From Trichoplax adhaerens (Eukaryota > Animalia > Placozoa), in assembly GCF_000150275.1 (NCBI RefSeq), contig NW_002060943.1, forward strand, positions 9,127,449 through 9,191,448: DNA of 64,000 bases, written 5' to 3'. Below are positions 25,701-40,200 of this stretch, piece after piece. Under the pieces are notes generated by a model. It did no database searches and had not been told where the DNA came from. It saw nothing but the letters and a program-made list of their open reading frames with translations. Made by a program: the position numbers and the translations under genes. Position 1 is the first letter of the stretch; every line of letters begins with the position of its first letter.

Positions 25701-28700
25701 TCTCATCCGGGGTCATTGCCATAGATGATGAAATTGAATAGTAACGCTAGGAAGTAACGTTAATTTTGTCAATTTCAGAGGTCACCAGACAATCATATAC
25801 TAATTAAGATTTAAAGCAAGATATATCTACTTGTTTTAATCTCGGCAGCTTCAACAGAAGCAAAGTTGCTGGTAATCGTACGGAGGGAAATTCTTCAATT
25901 ACATCAATTAAACCTGGATTTTTCCAGAATTTCCAATCTTCATACTCTTTTGAACCCTAGGGCAACAATGGTAAAACTTATCCACATCGATTACAGGTGA
26001 GATGCTGAAAATATTGAAATTCAAGATGTTACTAATATATTTTTTTAGTGGAAGTACTTTTGCTAATTCTGCAAGTTTATTCCGATCATTTTGGTCCATA
26101 GCCTATAAGAAATATACAAAAACATCAGCAGCTTTGATAAGTAGTAATATATACGGCGATACAAATGAGCGGTGAATAATCTCGTATATAAATGATAGTA
26201 TTGCTAAAAGATTAGATGCATTCTTGCCATCTTAGATCATTAACTAATTTATCGCATTACCAGACTAGTCAAACAGTGCAAAAATTGTGGCGTTGGCGGA
26301 GAAGTAATATCAATAAATCGCATAAATGCTTCTCTTAGCGTAAAAGTGGCCGGCATATGAGTGTCAACAGTCCAAATACCCTCTGATTATAAGAATGAGA
26401 TAACAAAACTTTCATATAGCGTACATCAAAATTTTTAATAACAGTTAATCATTACCGTTACTTAAATACTCCAGCTGAGTAGTAATATCTGAAGATTCTT
26501 TATCAGCTAGTTTGCGTAATAGTTGATCCACTATTTCCGGATCGTTACGTGGGAAAACTGATAAATGATCACCCGGAAAGTAGCACAAATTGGATTCGCT
26601 TGCCTTTTTCAGTTTAACAAGTACGGTAGAACGCCTAAAATAATGCAGTCAATTTTGCTCGATTGAATATTAATACATACAGTATACTAGTAGTATGAAA
26701 CACATCGATCAAGCTGTTATAATATACTATCAATGAATAATTGCGTAAGATAGATTTAAATCGATCAATAGTCAGTTAAATCTTATTACAAACAATTAAT
26801 TAATTAAACTAAAATTGTAACCGCTATTATATGAGTTTACAAATTGATATTGCTCACAGTGAAGATGATGACTGTAAATTCGTAACCGAAAGAACGGTAA
26901 GGGGTTCAATGTGTGTTGAATGAAGTTCAGATAAAGCTGATAATAGTGCCAGTAACAGAAATTAAGTAATAGAATTTAAATTAAAATTAATAAGTTATAG
27001 AGTTTTTCAATTGCAATTAATTTTTAAACATCGCGCTTAAGAATTTCTTAATTTATAACTACAAGAACTACAATTGAATCACCTTCCAAGAGTCCTGCTG
27101 CTGTCTTCTTTTTATCAAATACTAGCCGAAAATTATTCTCCGACCAAGATGGTATAGTTGTTAGTGAGGTAGTAGCATCTGAATGATCCACTGCATCAAT
27201 ACAGAATGTCTCACAAGCAGCCTTACAAGTCAATATGTACATTGGAAGTTCAATCAAAATAAGAAATTTAATGATTATTATATATTAGCAGATGTATATA
27301 CAACCGCGATAAATATTTAAAAAAGATAAATCGAATGATTATACACAAATCAATAGTCCGGTTATAACTGATTAAATACCCGAAAAGCTTTTCCAGCCCA
27401 CGACCTAAATGATTCCTCCTGCCCGCAAAGTTCATCCCCTTCCCCTAAAGGACAAATCCTCTCACCACCAAAGTCGCGCAGTAAAGTATCTAGCGATCTC
27501 CCAAATGCACAAAAATTTTCTCCGTACGCCCGGGATCCTAATGCAAAAACGGAATATCTACGCAAGCATAGTTCATTAATGCATTTCTGATATCATTTGA
27601 TCATATTCTACATCATAATAGATGCAGTACGTTCAGTGAAAGTGCTACTTTCTGCTAACTTACTTTACATTTATCATAAACGAAGAAGTTCGATCTTCAG
27701 TTTCGTTGGCGCGCAGCTTACTTTTACGTCTTGGTAAATGTAAACTACCAGTTCTAGAGGCGTTTCTATTTAAAAGTAGATAAGTGTTTTGTAGCGTTAT
27801 TATATAAATAACTATAATTTGCCCTAAGTAAACCGTTATATGATATTGAAACAAAATTTTAATCTACAATCGCTCTCGCTAACAAATCTATTGGATGTGC
27901 CCGAAAATGTAATCTTCTACCAAATTCCTAAATATTAATACGTTAATATGTGTTAAGACCTAAGACGTACTGGATAAGGCGAAAAGGAAAATTTTTATGT
28001 TAATATAATGTGAAACCTCGCCGTTATGTGGTGCTTCAGCATTACCAAAAGTGCTAGCTACAATAAAGACTAACTTCTCATAATCCAAGTTACTAAAATC
28101 ATAGTCTGCCATACAAACGACCTAAATGTTCACCAAATTATAAAAAAAATAAAGATCTAATATGGCAACAGGTCGAGTAATAGCTACAGGTCTAACTTTA
28201 TTTTCAATATCACAAAAAGTTCTAAGAAAGTTTGCGCAGCTACTCTAATTATCGATCAGCAGTTCATATCATAAATCACATCCGCCGCCCAGTAAGTCTG
28301 ACCTTAGCATCAAATTTAATATCAAGTAACTTCTTTAACATCTTAGCATATCTTTCTGAAGTTCCGGTTTCAGTAGCGTATAAAATTGTTGCCCTAATTC
28401 GCTTTGCTAATACCTTACCCATTAAGTCTGTAGAGACTACAACAAGCCTGCAGAAGTAGATGGATAGATAAAAGACGTTAATTCTGAAAGATTTTAGGCC
28501 GTTTCACGTAAAATTAAAGTGAACATTCTTTCTAATAATAACTTAAATAATGCGGTCGCTATCGGTATTCAAAATATAAATTGAGAGCCAGCGACTGTTA
28601 CATGATAATAAATCATACTACTAATTACTTGGCGATATCTTTAAATTTTCGCTGAGACCCCTTGGTATGAATTTTCCATGGATCTTCCTAAAACAAAGAA

Positions 28701-31700
28701 CATACGTTCATGATTTATCAATATCAAATAGATGGCATGTACGTTAAAGTTGGTTCTTGTATTGACTCTAGGCTAACCTGATACTCAAACGATGGCTTGA
28801 TTTTATAATTCAACATTTCCTGTATGGAAAATAATTCTACTTTTAATGATATATATGTCGAATACCTAGACCCGTCAATGTTTTTAAGATCGTCATTTCC
28901 TTTTCTTTACCTGATGATACACTTTTGTCGCTGATCCTGATATCGGAGGAACTATCCATACCCAATCAGCAGGACAGCCACCGCGTAACTTTTGCTGTTG
29001 AGCGTTAATGCATGAAATATCCATTAGCTTAATACATACTGCTCTGTAGCAGGCTTGTTATATATATATGTATCTATTGTAAGCAATAACTTAGAATGTT
29101 TTCAACCTCATTGTCTAAATGTTGCATAAACGTATTTGAAGCAGTATGATGGTCAACCAAGGTGACTTTATGTTTCTTAAGTAAACAGAACGCGGGAACA
29201 GATTATCGTTATACGAAATGATTAGTTAAATGTACACTTGTAGGATCAATGCGGCAGTTTAGGATACGATGGTAGCTATTACATTATCGCGAAATATATT
29301 GCTATTCTACGCCTTTCATCGAATTTCAGTATAAGATTTTACTAACCAGAAAGCTATGCATAACTGCACGGTTTAGTTCCACTATTGCTTTATCTCGCCA
29401 TAACGTTGTCTCACTTCGAGTATCAAGTTTTAGGTATTGAGCAACCGGCTACGGATAGAATGCAAGATTATTATCGTGTTAATCTGCTAAGAACCTACGT
29501 TCCTCTTAACAGAATCATTTATAACAGGCATAAAAGTTAATGAAATGTCAGCATATGTACTTTACACAAATTGTATCGATTAGTATCCCCTAAGTCCCTA
29601 GCGCCAATTTCGGTCACCATATACCTAAGCACACAAACGATAGATCAAATTTTTTTCACTTACACCAGCTGCACATAACCATTTTCCCCTCATAATAATG
29701 TTACTATGTAATACGTACCATCCATTAAAGGGGCAAGCTGGAAATTCCACCCCTCCAATATCGAGTAAAAGACACGAGACTGCTGGTAACGCATACCATC
29801 GCAGTTTAAGTTCCTCAAACCAATCATACCTAATCAAGTTTCAAAAAATAGGTACAAGATGTGTAGAACCTTAAACTATTTGGTAACCATCTATAAACAA
29901 CATGACTATAGATAGCTATTACCAACAGCGATGAATTAATGATCAAAGTTTTACTAGCACAATATTAAGTTCTTACTAGTTTAAGAAGACTTACTCAGGA
30001 TGAGAAATAGGCACTTCTAGAATTAATTCTTCGGGTATTTCAAATAAGTGGGGTTCGGTTCCGTTAGCTTGCAATAGAAGTGGTAACACATCGAACATGC
30101 CTCCATTACCTCGCCAACCATACGATTGGCATATCTAATATTATTCATCAATGTAACCGAATAATTATTAACTTCGCTGCATTCTTTGTATATCTATTTA
30201 TACAATTACTAGCTGGAATTAAATTGATTCTAAAGCAAAATTAGGCGAAAATTGTATCTCATCACACTATGGTAGTACTATGTACTATACACTTTAATTT
30301 GAATAGACAAGGTCATAAACTCCTATATATGAACACCATCTGGCTGATACTTGTTATTTGATGTTAGTACCTTTGTAAATTCGATATTTGAAGGATCACC
30401 TATCACAGAACCGTCAGCTTGCTCATATCCTGCGTAGCGAATTAGCTGAACATTCCAAACACGAAAATCATGCATACTATCACGTCTTGGGGGAAATACT
30501 GTGATCGACGACCTGTTTATTTCAATAAAATTACCAATATAGTTCAAAAGTGGGACTAAAATTTTTTCTACTATTTACTTTCTAAAGAAACAATTTATGT
30601 TTTAGCAGTCACAGCAAATAAATTTAAAGATCTACCAATCGCTGACAATATGTTACAATTTCTGATAATAAGGATGATAATATAAACTCTAATCTCTTTC
30701 AGGTTATGCGAATATTGTACGATATCTCAATTGGCATTGACAGGCAATCAAACATTACAATACAACTGATAAGATTATATTACAAACCTTATATTACCCT
30801 TATTGGTGGCGTACTTTACATGATCAGTGATAGCATTAAACATATCTTCTGGTGTAACTGCATCCCTTGCATCAAATACCTACAAGTTAGAATATATATT
30901 GAAAAATATAAGCAATGACAGCGATTTAATAAATTTGTAAAAAATTCTTCTTGCCTAATAAATCCTACAATACACCATGCAATGTGACTATAACATATGT
31001 GAAAGCAATAAGTAGTGATGCTTTCATGCCGGTAAATAATATGTCATATACTGTACGTGTGCTATAAAGTAGCAAGTTACAGCAAATTAATATGATACTA
31101 TAGCAGTATTAAAAAGTGTTAATCAATCTTTTTACATGTTGCACTCCATATTTTAAGAAATGAAAGATACGTTTTAGGATAAGGAAATTATGAAGTAGAT
31201 CAAGTTATGCTTTTGCAAGGTACTGTACAAACATGTAAATTCCCCCATTGAATGCGTCCAATACATCGAGAAGCATTTCTCCAAGCTAGTCTGCAACCGT
31301 AAGTTAACTCTTGCTCTGTAAGTTCGTAAAGTCCTTTGGCTTGGATTTCATCAATTACATCAGCTTGGCGCTTTAAGTGAGCTTCCGTATTTTCCCTACG
31401 AAGTAGTATTTTATTGTGAACCCATCGTTTAAATACATATCAATTGTAACAGCTTCTTAAGTTGCAATAGATTATTCAATTATTATAAACTCTATTTCGC
31501 TTCGTAGATAATAAGCGAACTACAAATTACAGTACTGTGATACGTTGTAAATTGATATACATTTCTAGTACAAATGGTCTAATTCGGTCAAGTTACTATG
31601 CTAAATTGTGAAATATTTAAATTACGTGATTACTTCCGAAGCGATGCGTAATATTCCATCAAGAAATCTTTAGCTTCTTTAATTACTACTTCTTTCGGCT

Positions 31701-32990
31701 TCAGACCATTATGTCGCTTCGTTTGACTAGGAACTTGCATTAACGATCCTAAGCATCTTCTGAAAGTACAGCCAGGGGTCTAATCCATTAAATAGATTCG
31801 TAGTTACCATTTAATTGTATACCATGGAAACAATTGGTAAGTTATTCAGATCATACAAATCGTGATTCTGATAAACAATATATACACATATTTATATAAT
31901 CTATAGATTTACGGGTATAGTCTGTAATTGTGTCGGAGGATCAAGCAATAAAATTCGGCTATACGACATACGAGTTAATTTAATTTTACATTGATTCTAT
32001 ACTAGTAGCTTTTAATTACAGCTATCAGCTTTATGATTAAATCCGGGTACGTGTAAACATCAGCAGCATGCCAATGATACGTTTCAGAGTTAAACTAATG
32101 TAACATAAGAATTCTCAATATCTCCAATGCTTTGTTTTATTACTTTTCTTTTAATACTTCTAGGGAGGGTATAAAAAAGTACTAAAATTATTGGGTGAAA
32201 GGGTAGAATTATCGTAGTTAGCTTATAACAGCGATAAATAGGCAATGACAGCTATCACCAATTCCTGTTACTACACGAATAGTCCGAATTTTTGATACGT
32301 TTCTTGGATTTTCCAATAGTACGAGTGTGAGCCCACTAATCTTATTCGTCATTGAAGCGTATTTAAGACATAGGAAATGGAACTAATAGTAGTGTATATG
32401 CAATATACTGTACATGTATCCAGAATATCAACAATTTATATGGGTTAAAGGTAAAATATATTGAACATTCATGTTATTAATGCGTCTCTTATCAAGTAGT
32501 AAATTAGCCAATCAAAACGGGATAGAATCACCATGTCCGTGATAGAAAACGGATATAACATTTTATGTATTGGAATAAATATATCTCTCTCTCTCTCTAT
32601 ATAGTATCTCTATATAAAATAATTGTGTTCGAATTATATTTTTTCTATGGTACAGTATCGCCACCAATCAAATTTGTGCAAATCACTCATAATAATATAG
32701 AATTGATTACTATGCTTTCTTGACTCACTTACTAATATACGCATATACTAGTGTTTTGTTAAATGCTAATTTCTGACTCCGACTCCGCTGCGGAAAATTG
32801 CAATCAACTTGTATCTAAATAATCCTATAATTATACTAACCGTAGCTGCTTGCTGATGAAAAGTGTCGGTATTCTGCTCGCCTGTTAGTAAATTTTGCAG
32901 GCGTATGAAGCTTGGTCCATTAGAATCACTGTTCGGTGAGGACACAGTCGCAGGACTTGGCCATAGCCATTCTTGACTCTTACCATCCAT
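22800..32990 (-). CDS. NOS: Nitric oxide synthase (oxygenase + CaM-binding + reductase), no N-terminal PDZ domain, multi-exon
   Basis: Motifs seen: Zn site [10 protein letters not shown], heme site [119 protein letters not shown] and GRYHEDIFG. Splice phases were checked for most GT-AG introns. ATG 32990 has an in-frame TGA upstream; stop at 22800-22802. Confidence 0.97.
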
Positions 32991-34213
32991 ATCTGCAGTA
33001 TGTGACTGTGTTCAGCTGTAAACATGAGCATACTATATTAGATTGTCATTATTATCCGTATTTTGTATCTGCGTACTTTAAACACATATTCCGCACTTAC
33101 GTAATCCCTATACTACAAAATATGTGTTAAGTCGGACGGACTAAGTAGTCTATGGTCAGATTAGAATTAATTATGCAATGGTGTAGAGTGAAGGGCTTTC
33201 ATAAAGGTATGTATTATTGGAATACGTATACTTTTCCGATACTCTTGGTTGTAGTAAGAGTAAAAGGGGAAAAGCAAGATTCCAGAAAATAGATTACTGA
33301 ACTGTACAGTTAAGGTGTAGTATACCAAAGATCCATTTAGTAATTCATGCTAGAGATTCTTTACCTGACTGTACTGTATTAATTAATTCAATACACTAGA
33401 ATTTTTTGGAAATTTTGTCAACCTGCAACCAGTATAATTATTGTAATCATAGTTGCGTGCTAGCAGGGATATAGTAGAAGTCAATTTTTCTGAGAAACCT
33501 TGGCACGTAGATGTCAGCAGAAAAAATAATTGATGATTAGGTTCTGATGATGTAGCGATCCCTGACATAACCAACGTATGAGTATCTAGTGTTGATGCGT
33601 TGAAGCGCTACAGGTGGTAAATGACACGTTTCAGATAAAAGAGGGATTTAAGCCTGTAAAATATGAACTAAAGCAGACTAATAAGCACCAAAGTGAATTT
33701 TCTTAATAGAGGTGGATCAACAAGTACGTACAGTATATCTACAGTATATATAACATCGATATGCGCGTATAAAAACTGTAAATAAGTTAGCCAATTGGTG
33801 AAAGTAGATTAGAGTATGGTCACGTATGACCGCCGATATTGTATAGTACAGGACTGTATGGTTCAACTATATCATACACAAGTTATCATAGGCACCGTGT
33901 CTACTAGAGTCTTAACATTTCCTATCGACCGATGTATAGTACATCCGGATATACGATGACTGCTGTATTAATAATAACTTTAAGTTTCAAATCTTTTACC
34001 GTGCGGCTGTGTAATGTGTATGTAGGTTCATTTAATTTTATTTCATTTAATGACTTGTCAATAAATACATACTGTATACGTCTACAGTAGTATATAATTG
34101 TTGCTTCATTGATCCATTAATTAAATTAAAATTAAATAACATTGTATACCATCGCGTATAGCATACCAACATTGATACAAGTTAACTTGGTTGTATTGCC
34201 AATAAAAGCTTAC

Positions 34214-34390
34214 CTGCCCCACCAGAAAGATTCAAAAAGGAAAATACTTGTATCGATTTTCAACGAATGAAACTCTTCTTGCAATCCGAGAGAGATTTTG
34301 CGTATTTCGATGAGTCGATGACTAATCCGCGATATCACACTAAATCTACCTTACAATATGATCGTGAGTTGACGTAAGCGGAGTCATTGT
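34214..34390 (-). promoter_or_regulatory. Probable non-coding first exon and proximal promoter of NOS
   Basis: Strong minus-strand donor CAG|GTAAGC with exon end 34214. A CRE-like TGACGTAA is at 34370-34377 and an AP-1-like GGAGTCAT at 34380-34387. Confidence 0.4.
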
Positions 34391-34419
34391 GACTTATGTC
34401 AATAACAGCATAACATAAA

Positions 34420-35130
34420 TACTTTCCCGAAAGCATGGCGTGGGCTGGGTCTATGGTCCGAGCGCTCTGGTTTCCACGTTTCCACCCGACTCAGAACTGA
34501 GTCAGACGTTTAGTCCAGTAGGGTACAGTGTACAGTACTGTGGAACTACAGTATAAAATACTGTAAACCACTGGACTGTACTGTAGGCCTGATCATTTTG
34601 CATGGATTTTTTTATACTGTACAGTACACTTCGTTTAAGCTGTCCTACTGATATACTGTACAGTACTGTACTGTACTGGCGTGTAGAGTACAGTTCCTTC
34701 CAAATACTTTTCCGAAAGCATGGCGTGGGCTATGGTCCGAGCGCTCTGGTTTCCACCCGGCTCAGAACTGAGTCAGACGTTTAGTTCAGTAGGGTACAGT
34801 GTACAGTACTGTGGAGACTACAGTACAGAGTACTGTACAGTTCCTTCCAAATACTATACTTTTCCGAAAGCATGGCGTGGGCTATGGTCCGAGCGCTCTG
34901 GTTTCCACCCGAGTCAGAACTGAGTCAGACGTTTAGTCCAGTAGGGTACAGTGTACAGTACAGTACTGTACACTATACTATACACTGTACATGCAAAGCA
35001 TGGCGTGGGCTACAGTATGGGCCGAGCGCTCTGGTTTTCACCCGACTCAGAACTGAGTCACAAGTTTAGTCCAGTAGGCTACAGTGTACAGTACTGTGGA
35101 AACTACAGTACAGTACACCACTGGACTGTA
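34420..35130. repeat. Complex tandem repeat, 4 copies of a ~130-nt core
   Basis: AAAGCATGGCGTGGGCT...GGTCCGAGCGCTCTGGTTTCCACCCGACTCAGAACTGAGTCAGACGTTTAGTCCAGTAGGGTACAG recurs near 34430, 34715, 34867 and 34996, separated by CTGTA-rich spacers. Confidence 0.95.
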
Positions 35131-37284
35131 ATGGCGTGTACTGTATACAGTACTGTACAGTACAGTACGTACAGACGGTACAGTACAGCTCCTTTCAGAC
35201 CAGACGGTGAGTCGGCGACACTCATAAGGGAAGGACTGTACTGTCTGTAATGCACTGCATGGGCACTGGCACGGACCACTAAAAGAAGGCCTTTCTACTG
35301 TGTAGCCTGGGGCAGTGGGGAGGGACTTGTTCTTCAATAAAGTCTCTACGTACAGTTTTACTGGCAAAAGCAAATGTCCATGTCTGAAATATTTTGCACA
35401 AAATACAGTGTAGAACATGTACACTAGAGACCGTTGGACATGGACTACTCAATATACTGGCCAGAGAAGTATTTTTTGTAGTCCATGGTACAGACAGTAT
35501 GTACATCTCTTCACTACCGAACAACTGCAGTATCAAGCTACAGTTGTTATGCCTACTTTATTGAGCTCGTTTTGACACACCAACATTCTATTTTGTACTG
35601 TACAGTGTATAGTGTACAGTAGACGTAAGCGTATTTCACATTTGATTGAATTTATTTATTTACTTACAGTTAATTCAATTTATGTCAAGTTGGAACGCCT
35701 TCTCTGATTGCCGTGCAATGAATATAGTTTACAGTTGCACATATAGCTAATCCAGCTAATATATTCTACAGTAAGTGAGGACTTAGGAGAGTGGGAGAGG
35801 CTCTTTTCACTTTTCGACGCTCTGCATCAACTGCAGTTACAGTACCACTCAGTACAGTACAGTACTGCGCCGTACTGTAGGTTTTCACTACAGTACTGTA
35901 TGGAGAGGTTTCCAGGATCGACTAGTCATTGACACTGCATGGACTAGTCCATAGAACAGTATACTAAGTACAGGCCTTATTTCACTTTCTCACACAGTAC
36001 ACTACTACAGTACTTTACGCTACTGCACTACAGTACAAGGCGAAATTGCATTTTTCCAAATGCTTGCTTGATATTACAGAGAGAGTATTTGTAAACCTTG
36101 CACATAGCACTTTACGGTAAGCTGAGAAGTAATTTACCCAAGTTAATTAACGTAAGTTCAATTAGATATCGATTTTTATTGGTATGTTTTAGCTATCAAT
36201 TAAGCTACCTGTTCTTCAACATGAAATCGATTGACACCATAACAAGGATTGGGGTTTGTAATTGTGCTGCAAGTATAGACTGCAACTGCAGTGCGTTCAA
36301 ATCGGTTCACCAATAAATTTCTTTTTCAAAATGTCCAACATCAACATGTTATAACTAGACTTGTACTGCTGTACTGTATAATGTACGTTAATGGAAAATT
36401 TCAACCACTCCCAAAATTCTTGACTCATAGAAAAGAAAATGATTAGCTTTTTAATGAATTTCTTTGCTTGATGAATTAAAATCGTATTTGGATATGCGTT
36501 ACATGCTGACATTTTGAAATACGAACTACTGTATGATGGTACACGCAGCCATTTCAGCGCATAACCGGAGTAAAGACAGTCATTTATCAGTGAATTAAAG
36601 TATCGATGACACTTTGTTTTGTGATACTGTGCAAATGAAGTGTTCCAGTAAAAGATAACCCAACTTTTGGTAATGATAGTTTATAGCACATTATATCACG
36701 CTGCTTGCTAATTCTTTCTGAAATTCTTGGTCAATCAGCTCATATCAGGAAGATAATGAACAATAATGTCACCACACATATCCAGTAATTTATAGATGAT
36801 CCGAGTAATTGGATCGATCTCGATCTCTGACTCAAAGCGAACAATCCACAATCAGTTTATGCCAAAGATTAGAAATTCCCATTATGCTTTTTTTTACTAT
36901 CAAAGACTGGACTCTTCATGAAGTAGATGAATAGAGTACTAAGTGCCAAACACTGACTGCAGTGTATTTTAATAACGCAATATCGTAACTCTTTAGAAAC
37001 ACTTTACACAACGTATGGTACAATTTAGTGATCGGGGTAAAAATACCGTAAGAACAAAATTCGAGCAGTAAACATTGATCCATGTAGGAGTATAGTATAC
37101 GCGTACGCATGTACGCACTAAAAGACTTACAATATTTACATACCGTTAATCATATTGTCGGCGTTGGTGATGCCAATCAATGCCATTACTAACAAAAATA
37201 ATATAAAATACAGTAATATATTATCTTTCTTTAATCATACATATTATTATTATTATTATTATTATCAGTCAAAGTGGTAGCAAT

Positions 37285-40200
37285 ATGAGTTCAAGCGAAG
37301 ACGAAGCTTTATTGCAGCAATTAACAACAGAAGAGCTAAAGGAGCTAGGCGAATACATTGATCCGGAGGTAGGAATCAATATTTCTAAGTACCGCTTGAT
37401 AAAAGTAAGATTTAGCGTCAGGTTCAGGACTATTGCGTATTTCGTTCTTTTCATGATGAAAAGTCCTCTGATAAAGTAAAACGTAAATTGCTAGTAAAAA
37501 TGATATGTTACAGTTGCTAGTGATTATAATTTTTTAGATACGATACTTTGGATATCCAAAATATAATATTATGCAATTAGCGGCTGAAAACCTATTAAAA
37601 TATGAATACCTTGTCATCGCAATAACATGTATTAACAGCAATAATATAGGTACAGTATATCAGGGCTACGTACACTGTTTGTAGCCTGTGTAGTAGCGGG
37701 CTATATCGAGTCTCGAAATTCGATGTTAAGCTGTAGTTTAAGTCGTTTGTAGATGTTTTAGAGTGTAACATGTAATCAACAAGAGCAAACGTAAATCATT
37801 AAAATTTTTGGATTGTGAAAGCTTCCTAATTTGAAATAGTCTCTAATAATTCCCAAGTGTACGCGTATTGCAAAAAGAATGGACTTCTTAGCAGCCTGAT
37901 GTTGTTTAACCCATATTATACAAAATTCTATATTTACGCTACAGGCCTCAATGCAGCAGTTATTAGTAGTAGACTTAGGAAATATTAATAATTAGCACTT
38001 CATGAGGGTGCTAGTAGGATAACGTTGTACAGTTTGCATTAAAATTACTACAGATGCATAAATATGGTATACGATATCATCGACTTCTAGAAGTCCATGA
38101 TGATATATACGTAATTGCGTGTTTCCGCCATCACTATCCAGTATGCTATATACTGACCTACATACAAGATATAGTTAGCTTTATTTGGTATAGTCTAGGC
38201 ATGAAACAAAATTTGAATTGCTTTTATAAATGAATTTTAATTCGGTTCCTAGGATCAGCTGCTACCTGCTGGATACCGCCAGCCTGATCAAACAGAAAAG
38301 GAATTAACTGGAGCTTTTGATCGTCAGCATCTTTTGGACTATATGAAGGAAGAAGCGTACAAGTATGAAGACGATGAAGAAGTTGTTCCATACGAAAAAA
38401 ATGTTAAAAGAGGAAAGGTGTTTATTAACAAAAATAAACCTGAAATGCCTTCAAACAAGATTTTAGACTTTTCTGATGAACTATTAGCTGCCCTAGACAA
38501 TGCTACCGATGCTGAAATCGCAGACTTAGCCAGTTAGTTCACTATATTTACGTTTTAATCAATTTTTATTGTCTTATGAAGATTAGATTCCGCGATACTT
38601 ATCTGTTACAATATACTGCATTGTGTAGGTATTGTTGAATCAATTAAATTCTACTAACTATATTATGCGTATATTGGATCTTAATTATTAAAGGTTTAAT
38701 TGGTGTCCATGGGATAGTGTATCATCGTGACGATGATAGTGAAAGTGAAGATGAGCTGTCCAAAGAGAGACGCAAAAAAGGTATCTTATTAAATTAAAAT
38801 GGTAGCTACAGGACGTCGTATTTTATTTACTACTTCATGATAGCCTTGATGAACTTGGCAATACAATGGAATACAACTAATTAGAAATAGAGATTTCAGT
38901 AGTCCTTAGCCATACTCATAAGTAATGTGCCATGAAATGTCAATTTCTGACTCCGATTACGTAACAATTTAACCGTAATGTAAATATAAAGCTCAGTACT
39001 CCTCAATTACTCACAGAATCTATCTTATTTATAATGATTAAGCCACAGAAATGCGGCAATAGCTGAACAGTTTCAACGATCAATATTTGCTTGTACACTG
39101 TACATTATCACTAACGCTACAAGCATAGAATTAAAATCATGGTTTAGCTATATTAACTTTATGAAAAAATTCGGCATATTAGCTTAACAGTATATCTTTA
39201 ATAACCGAAAATAGCGTACTTACTACTATAACTGAATAGAAAGTGCATAAGCTTCATGTATTATGTATGCATATGGTTGATACCTATTGATTAATGTGAC
39301 ATCAATTAATTTCATCAAAAGGTATTGTGAAATATGCAAAGTCGCGTGTTGAAGTACCAGATGAGCCTGATAATGATACTGATATAGATGAATCTATCGA
39401 AATGTTGAGAAATAATGATCCTAACTTGCGAGTACTGAACTTAAATAATCACAAAGAGATTAACGACAACAAGTTATTGGAAGTTATCAAAGCATTGGCC
39501 AATAATACATCCGTAAAAGTAATTGCTTTAGTTAATACTAAAATGCGAGATCATGCGGCCTTGGTAAGTAACTCTAATTTTAAAAATTTGTATGTAGGAT
39601 GTGAAGATAAGAACTAGATCATCTCACTATTTACGAATACAATAATGTATAATAGTTATATAATATAATTAATTTATAACAAAGTTAATAGCGTGTACTA
39701 TACGATTATGTCGTATCTCTATTATGACTTAGCGATGCATTTGCGTTATTGCCTTCTTTAGGAACTTAGTAAGGCTTTGATAAAAAATTCATCGATAGAA
39801 GAGTTGAACATCGAATCGAATCACATTTCTACAATCGGACTGTCGGTATATGCACGTTTGTCTTGTTGCGATAGAATGATATTAATGACCAAAAATACTA
39901 CATTAACCCTCGATATCACTAATCCCACGAACGATACTAAAAAGGATTTTTTATTTATTTCACTTGGAAGGCCGTTGTAGCAACTTTAGCTACTAATACA
40001 ACTCTGAAATGTCTTAAATTAAGCAATCAGGTATGATTGCATAAAACGTCATTTAAGTATAGTTTCCGTTCTCTAAAATCTTGCCCTCCGTATTTGAAAA
40101 TTTTACGAAATGGAAGTCAATTTTTAGTAATTTTAACACGACATAATCACCTTTTAGAGTCAATCCTATGGAGCGAAGCTAGAAGAAGAGTCTGCAAAAG

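Noticed and set aside
29555-29625. Bacterial-like WYMVTEIG in NOS suggesting horizontal transfer
   Set aside because: The gene is intron-rich with a Zn site, fused reductase and the animal-type PAV valine; this position varies among NOS proteins.
7162-32990. Functional pairing of the receptor PDZ ligand with the neighbouring NOS
   Set aside because: This NOS has no PDZ domain; adjacency alone is not evidence.
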